DNA of 63,390 bases, filler included, from Sphacelaria rigidula (Eukaryota): assembly GCA_964200075.2 (NCBI GenBank). It is 11 parts of 11 records of this genome, joined end to end, with 100 filler letters (N's around TTAATTAATTAA, not from the genome) between each part and the next. Parts side by side here need not be neighbours in the genome. Positions count along the whole stretch, not along the records: positions 1 to 5,672 come from CAXNAA020025382.1; positions 5,773 to 11,444 come from CAXNAA020025383.1; 9 more parts are not named here. One strand, written 5' to 3'. The number at the start of each line of letters is the position of its first letter. The stretch's first letter is position 1. The position numbers and the translations under genes were made by a program. Under the pieces are notes generated by a model, which did not search any database, was not told where the DNA came from, and saw nothing but the letters and a program-made list of their open reading frames with translations. Below are positions 1-10,317 of this stretch, in pieces.

Positions 1-1548
1 ACGAAGATTTTAATCCTCCGGGTTCTCATCCTCAATGAAAATCTCCATCCTCAACATAGATGATCGGCTGTTTTTATTCTTGTCCCCCCCCTCCCTTTTT
101 TCTTTTTGTTTTCCATTGCTGTTGGACCTCATCTCAGTTTTCGAGCTCCTTTTTGAAAATTTGATTTGAAACCTAGCATGGAGAACCACAGAGGTAAACT
201 GAACAAAAAAAAGACAATGTTTAAAAAAACTCCCCGCGGCACTCGGGCCTAAAAAAAACCAGAAAAAAAACATTTTACTCGCGAGATATGGCCATGCGCA
301 GAAGGACGTCTCGCCTCGAGAAACCACTTCCCCCTTTTTTGTAGGCCACATTTCGGCCAGGTATATACCTCATCTAGGATTTCATTTTCAATCGGAGATC
401 CTCCGGGCTACCGCAGTCGATCCAATGGAAAGTATACCTGTCCTGGGACGTACCTTCCCACACTGTTGTACCTGATGCGGCACTCTGCGCGTGAGGGAAT
501 CCACGCGCCAACTCCAACCCTTGCGCCCATACGTTGGGCTCTTTTCCCGCCCATTTTATTTGCCGTTCACGAACGCCACAATGATCACCCCTCTTTCTCG
601 CCAGAAATGGTTTCCGCGTCTCTCCGCATCGATGCCAGAACTAGACTCACAACCCACAACGCTTAGGTCTTTGAACTCGCGGAGTCTTATGCAGTGTTAT
701 TCCTTTTCAATAATATGGAGGCGGTATTTTTGGAGATTAGGCGCCCCAACACAGTACACCAGGCGTCTGATGATACTGAAACTTGACATATGTGTGCAAT
801 GAAGCCGCGGGTAGGTGTTGACGCTGCAGTTCCGGCGACCCGAGGCGTTTTGTGCTCTGCGTGACTTGAAAGGATGCCTATGCACGATACTGCAGTCATT
901 CCGGAAACAAGAACACTTTCTGATGACAGTTCTAGATGGTAACGATATGAAATCCGCGTGGAGACAGGAGTAGATCTTGCCATCCTTGATGTTTACATCG
1001 CCCCCCTGTTGATCAAGGCTGGCACTAAGGCCGGAAATAATCACTTGTTAAGGTTCTCAATGTGTTAAAGGCAGATGCCCCTGAGTTTTATACGCCGTGC
1101 CGAGCAAGACGCGGCCGCACAACGCAGCCAAGGAGACGAGTGTCTTCTGTCAAGGACCACTGCGGACCTGCTCGGGCAGGGGGCAACGTCGCCTCCCTCA
1201 CAGTGCCAGACCTAGCGTGGGCGTTACCACGACGGTCTGAACATGACAGGGGCAGTTGCTGTAGTTTTCTTCCATCAGAATCAATCAGATATTTTCCCGT
1301 AGTGTGCTCCCACGTGAAGATGTTTACCTTTCTCTGGCAGGCGCGTGGTCACGCTTGTGCAGAGTTTTCACTTGGTTGCAAAATAGGACAGAATATGACC
1401 GTCTCCGATTGACGCCGCGGATAATTAAATATTTTTTCAGTACAACGCCTCCATATTGAAAAGGAACAGCACTGTATGTACTTTTCGTAGGATGTACGAG
1501 TAGCTTTGTGGTGTCGTCGTACAAGCTTCAGTCCAAGATCGTTCCGGT

Positions 1549-2230
1549 GTGCAGGTGGCACCCACGTCCGGACCCCCAACTGCTGGCACTACTGCCGGCG
1601 CTGCCCTTCCGGCACACACTTTGCCAACATCCGCGGCTACTTTTCGTGACCCGGCTTATCGTGATTTGTTGACAAATGTTTTGACTCCTGCTTTGCCCAA
1701 CTCAGGACACCCGTCTTCACCCGCAGCGGCTGCTTCTAGCATCAATCTAGAACCAGCCCCTGTGCCAGACGTTAGCATAGCCACAGCACTGCAAGTTCTA
1801 TGCAATACCTTGCTCCGCTCTCCTTTGGCTTTCGCCGACATGCAAGCAGCCTACAGTGCCCAGCCCCGCCAAACCGCGCCCACTCCCACCGGACCTCGGC
1901 TTTCGACACTTTCTACGATAGCCCCCCCCCAAAACCAACGCAAAAGTGTCACGAAAAAAATCGCCATGCAGCGCCTGATGTTTGGGTTCAGGCTGGAAAG
2001 AGTACCTCATATTGACAACATTGGCGAGAATGAACCCAAGCGTAGGAATTCCCAGCTGCTCGTTGTGCTCGGCTTTTCCTATTTCGATCTACGTGAAAAT
2101 TTTGCCTCCCAAAACCATGCACTTTTTTGGGGGGGGGCTATCGTAGAAAGTGTCTTCCCCCCACACAGCCACGTCTGCCTTCCCCCCGACACAACATAAC
2201 CACCACCGCTCGATGGATGACTGCGCGTGA
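1549..2230 (+). pseudogene. Pro/Ala/Thr-rich upstream ORF of a retroelement, interrupted by a MITE
   Basis: Removing the MITE at 1905-2154 plus one TSD gives a continuous frame (..PTGPRL-SPHTATSAFPPTQHNHHRSMDDCA*) that stops at 2228-2230 and overlaps the ATG at 2217. Confidence 0.4.
1905..2154. mobile_element. 250-bp MITE with ~30-bp TIRs and 3-bp TSD (TTC)
   Basis: gacactttctacgatagcccccccccaaaa ... ttttgggggggggctatcgtagaaagtgtc; ttc at 1902-1904 and 2155-2157. Confidence 0.9.
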
Positions 2231-5210
2231 CGACAATTCGACACATACCTGTCGTTCCTCCCGTATTTCTACTGCCTCAAGGGTTCCTTCACGTCGGCGC
2301 TCCCCACGTAATGATGTTACTGTGCACGCCGACGCCATGAGGGACATTTTTTTAGATCTTCCTTCACCAGAGGAATCGTCGATCGCGCATTCCAGCGACC
2401 AACCGCCCTACGACTCACGCCATCGCAGTCGCCGTGCTCGCCTCACACGCAATAGGTCTTCCCGCTCTGACGCTGCAGTCATCCGTTCCTTACGGCGACA
2501 ACTTGCAGATTTACAGCGCACCGTACAAACACTTGTAGACAACTCCATATCTCCGCCCCCCACCGCAGCCCCCAACGTCGCATTTTCTGCGGTCCCGGCC
2601 CCAACTCCCGCTGCCGCCACCGCCGCGACTGCCACCGCCGCTGATACTGACGCCGATAGTGGTACCCATACTGGCTTCCGGGCTCCTTGCGCACCCGCAC
2701 CCGCCTCAACCCCCCCTGCATCTAATGCCGCGCCGTCTAACCCTGCGCCTTCGTCGCAGCAGGATCGACCACAGTTGGGTCCGGAGCACTGCCCCTTCGG
2801 GCTGCTCCCGGGTATTTTCATGGACCACGATCGCACTACCCAAGAACAACTCATCCACGACTATGCTGACTACGCACCGACCATGAATAATCTCGTCAAT
2901 CAGCAACACTACACAGATGCAGCGGCGTCTACACTTTCCACCGAGGAGTATCACGCTCCTCTCCGCGAACCAGAGGGGGAGCGCTCACGCGCCTCTCACG
3001 CCGTAGCCGCTCCTCGCTCCCACCGCACGCCATCCCCACCCCCCCCTACTTCGACCGCCCGCCCCGACACCATTGCCGAACCACGCCGCTTCTCCAACCA
3101 CTGCGATGACATCCCTTGGTTCATGCTTTCTGTGCAGACTCTTGCGGGCAAGTACACCTCCTCGAATCCTTTGCAAAGCTCTCGCGACGCTTGGCTAGCG
3201 CTCGCTCGACCGCTTTAAAGCGCCGTAGCTTCCTACTTGGACCATGACGGGGTCTGTTCTTCCGATGGTGCCCTTTCGATCACCATTGGCCAGTTAGTCC
3301 GTCACATCGAACAAATCACCAACTCCTACGAACTGTCCATTGTGGAGCTCTTCGACGCGTTGCGCGCCGCCTCCAAATCCGCCACAACCCACGTTGATGA
3401 CGGCTGTACCACGGTGACTTCTCATCGCCGACGCCACAGACATGATGTTGCCGGCCCTGAGCGCAATCGCCGCGGTGATTCTCACAACCACCACGGAGGA
3501 TCAAGCTCCTCCTCTTGGAGGACCCCACCACACCGTGTGAACCGTCCCACCACCGGTGTGACCAAGACACACCAGAGTAGTGGCTCGTCGAGCTCTTCTT
3601 CCACCAAGCCCAGGATTCGGTCTGCCACAAACTCGCCCGCGGCTACCCTAAATCGCGCTACACCGCGTTTAGCAGATGTTTCGCGCCAGGGTTTAGGCCT
3701 TTCGGACGACAACTCGGATATATCGGTATCTTCCACTTCGGCTCGCACTCTGACTGCCGCTGCCGCCGAGCGAGAGCAAGGCACTACTTGTGCAGCAGCA
3801 ACCGCCGCTCGAGCGGAATCCGCCCGCACCGCCGCCATCCAGAGAGAATACATCCAAATGGACGTGAAAAACCTCTGGCATGTGAAATCCATGTCAGCAG
3901 CAGACAACGAAGACTCGGGACAATTCACTTCTGCTCTCATCACCTCTATACGCCGCACTGTTCGAAACATCCTTTAGCTAGCAGACTCCACGAGTGCTCA
4001 ACGTTTCGAAAGTTCCAACTGGGTTGACGGTTGGCAGACTCCTCTCCACAAAGCTCTGCACCGCGCCATCAATCGCCGCTCGCCCGACACTGCCGCTGCT
4101 TTGACACAAGTCCTTGATGGTTTGATGGCCGCCATGGATGCGGACCGCGCCTCGGAGAAGTCAGTCCCGGATTTACTCCGTGATCTGGAGCGCCGCTTGA
4201 CCGGCTACTTCGATCGAAGCACTCAAGGGAGTGCCATACAACGACTTAGTTCTTTTGGTGTCGCAACAGATGTCCCCTTCGCGGACTACCTCCGAGAATT
4301 CAAGCTTCTCGTTTCCAGTACTATGGGAGTAGGTCGCTACACTGGCCCGTCGGACGCAATGTGTCAATCATATGTGAGGAATAGTGTTTCCGAGCAGTTC
4401 CCGACACTAATGCCGTCGCTGTTTCCAGGTGCTTTAGCCCACCGTGAAGTGCCTTACCCCTCTGTGGATGCGATATGGAGTGCGTTTGTTCATCAAGAAA
4501 ATAATTTGACGCCGGCCATTCGCGGCGACAAGTATGCTTCAGCTCGCTCCCAGTCTCCTTCTGCGCCTTCTCCGACCCCTTCAGGGTCCCGTCACCGGTC
4601 TCACACTTCGCTTCGTTCCTCGTGGGTGCCCGCCTCCGTGGCCGGCTCCGCCATGAGCGTTGCAAACAAGAGAGATCCGTTCAGCGCCAGTTTTAACGGA
4701 TGGCCGTACTCCGCCGAGACTTGGGATGATGTCTGCACTGTATCCACGTCTGCATTTTTTACAGATGACCCACATCTGTGGAACCTCCTTCTCTCGTCTG
4801 CTGCCAGACACGAGGCCTTCAGCCGCCACGAAAATAGTTCCATTAATTGTAACACCCAGGGGCACAGTATGCGCGATTGTACTCGCCCTTGTATCAACTC
4901 TCTCGACCTCATGAACTCTGAGCTGCAGGACAATGAACCAGCATGGCGCCGATGGCAAAAACGCATGCGTGAATACCGCACACCCAACCGTCATTCTCGC
5001 CGCCATTTCAACAACCGTGACAACACTCGCTCGAATCGCGACAGCCGCCCAAACAACCACGACAACTCTAGCTCCCGGCGAAGAGAAACTTCCTCTCACC
5101 GTCACCGGAATTCCGCTGATAGACACCAGCGCACGGGGCCAAATCACAATCACCCGAACCCCAACGCCACAAACCCTGGTTCATTTATGACTGATCGTAC
5201 TGATCCATGA
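2217..5210 (+). pseudogene. Retrotransposon Gag-like ORF (~1000 codons) with two in-frame stops
   Basis: Track ORFs 2127, 3237 and 4101 share one frame, separated only by TAA (3216-3218) and TAG (3975-3977). Contains a Gag-like PFADYLREFKLLV motif, a degenerate zinc knuckle SINCNTQGHSMRDC (first Cys lost) and a basic C-terminus. Confidence 0.7.
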
Positions 5211-5672
5211 CATGCCGACGCCGGCGTTTTAACGTCTTCGGCGCCGCCGACAGCACACACGAAGACTATTTCAACACAAACTGCGGAACGAGTGACAATA
5301 TTTTCTCGCTCAACCTCCCCGGCACTCTGCAGGAGTACAAACAACAGGGGATTCTATAAAATGAGGTTCATCAATGAAATGAGGTTTGAAGACCCTAGCC
5401 GTTGAATGACGAATAGCCCTCAGAAGTACCGCACGACACTGCTGATGCGCAATTTTGAGGAGGAGTAGGAAGTGCGTCCGTGGTTTCACATGCCGCCCAT
5501 CCCTGGTTAGCTGCGGGCGACGGAACATAACAACGTTTGTTTGATTGTCGACGGATGTTTTCACTCTTGTTCACCTCGAGGCTCGTGTCCAGACAAAAAT
5601 ATCGGGCGTCAAGTTGGTGTCAGTAAGGTCAGTAAGGTGCTGTCAGTGACGTGGTGGGGAGATATCACTGCC

Positions 5673-5772
5673 NNNNNNNNNNNNNNNNNNNNNNNNNNNN
5701 NNNNNNNNNNNNNNNNTTAATTAATTAANNNNNNNNNNNNNNNNNNNNNNNNNNNNNNNNNNNNNNNNNNNN
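5673..5772. other. Artificial contig linker N44-TTAATTAATTAA-N44. Also at 11445-11544, 17217-17316, 22989-23088, 28761-28860, 34533-34632, 40305-40404, 46077-46176, 51849-51948 and 57620-57719
   Basis: Identical 100-nt spacer with stops in all six frames, recurring every 5772/5771 nt; the segments between are 5672 or 5671 bp long. Confidence 0.99.
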
Positions 5773-5794
5773 GGGGCGGCCCCGGGGCGGGGGG

Positions 5795-5844
<50 letters not shown>

Positions 5845-7079
5845 GGGTGGGGGGGGGGGGGGGGGGGGCGTACGATGGGGGGTTATCATGATCATGCATG
5901 TCATCGTCATTTGGTCATTGACCTAGCATCCCTACAAAGCCAGGCCGGAGCATGTCGAGTTTTTGTCGGACCAGGCTCGCGATCAGTCAACAAGCGCGAA
6001 GCGCCGTGAGGTGTTCGGCGAGTCGCATGAAGGGTGAGGTGCATCCTGCTAAGATTGTTCGGCCCTGAGTATGTGAATTATCGTGCATTTGGATGACAGC
6101 CTCCAATCAGTTGCTTCATTTTCTGGTATCACCACTTCCAGAGACAGCCACGGGTTCCACACTGCCTCATGGGTGTCTCATCATTCAAATACCCCCTTTG
6201 CGCGGAATTGAGGTTCTCCCAGCCCGCACAATATCATGTAGCTCGACCATCATGGTTACCGCGAAAAAAAAGCAAGCACGCATAAAAAAATGGTCACCTG
6301 GTTGCCTAGCTTACACAGTGAAGAGAGTGTTTTACAGCATCATTGCCAACTGACGCCAATCCCATAGGGGGTTAAAACGCCGGGACGGAGCACGCTGGAT
6401 TTTCGGTGGACCACGCTAACGCGGCGGGGGGGGGGGGTTGCGTTCGTATGTAGGTGTTTTGTTGTATGTTTTTATGATTTTTCGCGGTGTGGCGTGGCGT
6501 GCGACGAGCAGGGTGGTGCGAGATAGTGTGAACGAAGCACACGGGCAACAAATATATCAGGAGATAACTGGGATACAACGCGGAGAGGGCGAGTGGTAAA
6601 TGTAGAAAAATACCGCGGCGTGCCAACAAATGGAATGCATCCTACTCCGGTCCCGTTGTTTTCGTGCTATATTCCCAAGGCTGTGAACCAAATCGAGAGT
6701 CGGTATCGTTCTGTCCATGTGTTGAATGTTGCCGATTGTGCAGGAGATATTGCACAATGCATGAGTACGAGTATGTCCGGCGCCTGGAAACCGCATCTGA
6801 AAATACCGCTATAGAGGGTAGCATCATTACAATCTCGAACGGACAGAATCAACTAAACACAAGTGGCGAACACTACTCTAGCAGCTTGTCACAGACTAGC
6901 ATTATTCAATCTACGACTCAGACATTGTTGCCCGATGTATACTATCCGTCCCGAGTCCACACCCCTCTTCATCAAGAAGAACGCTGCTTGACCAAGAAAA
7001 TTGCGGGACAGAGGGAGTTAAAAAAAAGACAACAGACTGACCGCCTAGCGAAACTCTCGTTCTTGCGACAAAAATTTAC

Positions 7080-7604
7080 CTGCTATCAAACTCCGCTCCG
7101 TTCGGCCCGCGATGTCGGCTCTGAGTACCCTCCACATCGATCAGCACAAACGGCGTAGGCACCATAGCCGACGGCCCGTCAGCTTGTGCAGCGTCAGGCG
7201 ACGACGAGCCGTCATTCCTCAATGCTGCACTACCGCCACTATCACCCCCTCCATTCTCTGTGACCGCCACCGATTCGGCGGAAACCGGCGAAAAAGACAA
7301 GCCCCGGTCAGCTCCTTCCCCTCCCTTTGCCGGGTCATTCGCCGCTGTTGCGGAAGATCTAATCGTTCGCCCGCGCTCCTTCGATGTTGCTCGGCGTTTT
7401 CCCGGCGTCGAGGTTGTTGCTGTCGCCTTCTGCGTGGTCGCCGCCGCCGCCGCCGCCGCCACAGAGCCCACTGCGGTATCCTTGCGTGGTTTGGATCTAT
7501 GTTTTGTCTGCCTCCTCGGCGAAGAGCAGAGCTGTAGATCCACCCAGGCTCCCACGGTGGTTCGCCGGGGCAAAGTATCGTCCGTCCGTTCTAGCACCGG
7601 GAAT
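7080..7604 (-). CDS. RHD3/Sey1 (atlastin-like) GTPase, exon 2
   Basis: Acceptor cag|A at 7605/7604 joins in frame to give FGT-G-FPVLE..RRTTVGAW (G2, cf. QTTKGIW) and VLIDVEGTQSRHRG (G3, cf. DVEGTDGRERG); donor AG|GTAAAT at 7080/7079. Confidence 0.85.
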
Positions 7605-8271
7605 CTGGGTTACGCGAGAAATATTCAGAAGGAACCGTGTATGGTAATGTATCTGGCGCAACTGGTGCAGCGAGTTGTTCCTATAATAGCTCCTAATACT
7701 GATGAGGGGAAACCCTGGGTTCATGTGATAGCTATAGATCAGTCGCAGCGACACCCAAGCATCTGTACGGTGTATCTTTACGTACAACGCATACGTGACC
7801 GCTAAGAAGCAGGGCGTCCACAGTAGGGTACAGCATACGTGACGGGCCATTTGGGTCGCCACGTGACACTTCGACACACGCCTGATGGACAAAATGCCGT
7901 ACGGACCGAGTTTCACCTTGTCAGAGAGTCAACGCCTGCATTGCGATCAAGGGCCGCAGCTGGAGGTTACATGATGGGACATACAAATAGCACAGTGTAA
8001 TAAGCTTTACTGATCGAGATTTGTTGTAGCCACAGCAGCAGTAGCTCACCACCGAGGTGGATTCAAGCGCTGGAACAAGACTGTTGTGTTTTAAATATCT
8101 TTGTCGGCATGCACAGCCGAAAAACGTACAGCCGTACAGAAGGTCCAGCCCGCTAAACTGCTTTTGAATAGACCCATCGGCAACAGCAGCAGCCAATACG
8201 CAGCAACGAAAACCTCTCTGGTGTACTTTCACATTACACGGAGCACGTGGCTACATAGCGCAGATGCATAC

Positions 8272-8708
8272 CCTGTGCCAAAGAGAGCATTCAGGAGAGT
8301 GCTCTTGCCGCTGCACTGACAGCCGGTCACAGCCACAACGCGGTAGTCCCGTGACGAATCGGACAGCGTTGCCGACAACCCGCCTGTAGCACCCTTTTCG
8401 AAATTCGTGCAAAACGTCAAGAAATCGTCATCTATATTGTTGGTCTTCACTATCGCCGCGTTGTCGCCATCATGTTGATCATCCGCATCCGCGGCAGCGA
8501 CAGACACGTGTTGCAATGTCTTCGGCTCGAGATCGCTGTTGCTGCTGCTTCTGGTGCTTTTTGGTAGATGCGTTGTTGTAGTTGTGTGATGACTTTTGCT
8601 GCTACAACCAGCGAAAATTGAGGTTACTATAAGAGATACAAACACTGCAGCGTTGCGGACATCCGCCACCGCCGCACGGCGATGGTACCCTGATCCCTTA
8701 GATCTCAT
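8272..8708 (-). CDS. RHD3/Sey1 (atlastin-like) GTPase, exon 1
   Basis: ATG at 8708; P-loop region YRVVAVTGCQCSGKSTLLNALFGT matches Sey1/RHD3 G1 (GxQSxGKSTLLNxLFGT); phase-2 donor GG|GTATGC at 8272/8271. Confidence 0.85.
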
Positions 8709-9742
8709 GTGCTGTTGGTTTGGAACAGGCGGTCATAATGGGGTGTTTAGGATTTTGCCACGCGTTAGTTTAGTCGTTATCACAAATATATACGCTAGCG
8801 TGTCTTTTCTTGCCGGGTTTCCTTGGATGTCTGCCGTGATATCATATCCTCTTGTCTTACGTCGGCTTGTGAGCAGCAGCTCAAACTAAGCTATGCGGGG
8901 TGTTTGAGTGTTTCGTGGCTGACGCCACGTTAGCAGGCCCAGAAAAGTGGCTCGTTTGAGGAGGTAAAATCTAAATGTAAATCAAAATAACAAGAGCCGA
9001 GCACACCGATCAGCTCGGAACTTCCACGCTTGGGATCGTTTTCGCCAACGTTCTGTGTTACCCGTATGAGGCGCTACATGCGCAACCTGAAACCAGCTGT
9101 GATGCCCTGTATGGCAGTTTTTTTCGTCACACTTTTGGGACTAGTGTGTGGGGGGGGGGGGGGGGGGGAGGTATCGCGCCATCACTCAGTATATCCGTGC
9201 CCTGGATTGGGGACTGATATAGGACGTCGATACTACCACCATTTCACAGTAGTGCTGTATTTAACATATTTCCGACTTGATTGGCATCAAAAGTCTGATG
9301 AAGCAGCGATAGAAGACGTTTCCTATTATCTGCTCGTAGCCAGATAAGCATGCTCATTATTCCACTGTTTCTCTTTGTGGCAGATTTCGAGGTCTCTTTT
9401 TTAGCCAAATGTTTTAGAAGAACATTTTACGCTCCGGACCCCAAGGATTGGATTTTCATGGGTTCCGATTATTTTATAAGCCGTCGTTGGGCTCTATATT
9501 ACATAATGGTTACACACACAAACGGCATGGTGGTTCCAAGTAGCCGGTGCAGGTGTACGATGGTCGCTAGCATTATTTTGAATCTCAGACGAAGGAAAGA
9601 TTCGAGTCAGAAGTTAACCCTTCGACCGCGGTGCGGGTAGTCCATCTGGATGACACATACTCTTTCCAAGTGAATACTGATGCCGATTCAGCAGGTGACC
9701 TACCTACCCTCGCGGTCAAAGGGAGGGGAGCTAAAAATATCA

Positions 9743-10317
9743 TGGTTGTGTTCTGTAAGGTACGGGTACGTTCTGTAGGGTATGGGATTCCTTACAGAGT
9801 TTACCGAACCGTCGGGTACCGGTATGAAAGTCTAACAGGGTTTACCGAACTGTCGGGTGCCGGTATGAAAGTCTGACAGAAGACACAGAACTTCTAGGGT
9901 ACGGTATGGGAGGCTTACAGAAAACCGGTACCGACAATCGGGTAACTCTTTTAGGGCATACCCGCTCCTCGGGTTAGGGTAAAGTTTTTGTACAGAACTC
10001 ACAGACCTGTCGGGTAAGGGTATGGGAGGCTTACATAACTCACAGAAACTGCTGGGTAGGGTATGGAGGTTGCACAGAAAACCGTACCCGCACCCGGGTA
10101 TCTTATCAAGAGCGTACCCGTGCCCCCCGGTGACGGTACGGGAGGCCTACAGAACTCACAGAACTATCGGGTACGGGTATGGAGATCTTACAGAGTTTAC
10201 AGAACTGTCGGGTACCGGTATGGAAATCTTACAGAGCTTACAGAACTGTCGGGTACGGTAAATACCCGGCAAAATACCCCGGGTATACAGAGAACCGTAC
10301 CCTACAAAACACGATCT
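9743..10317. mobile_element. Non-autonomous TIR element built of short GGGTAC/CAGAAC-rich internal repeats; partial second copy at ~11015-11385
   Basis: Imperfect TIRs ggttgtgttctgtaaggtacgg / ccgtaccctacaaaacacgatc; many repeats of cagaactgtcgggtacggtatgggaggctta. Confidence 0.7.

Noticed and set aside
5717..5910. Poly-proline ORFs and other ORFs ending in XXXX-LIN
   Set aside because: Artefacts of G-homopolymers and the linker
6667..6796. Candidate third RHD3 exon (RCGFQAPDILVLMH..)
   Set aside because: Phase-compatible acceptor, but poor similarity to the expected conserved segment and an early stop
8595..8655. Bacterial lipobox-like FAGC in the GTPase leader, suggesting bacterial origin
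   Set aside because: The gene has spliceosomal introns and eukaryotic RHD3 motifs; a 4-aa match is not evidence
9743..10317. CRISPR-like periodicity
   Set aside because: No identical repeats with unique spacers, no cas genes, eukaryotic context
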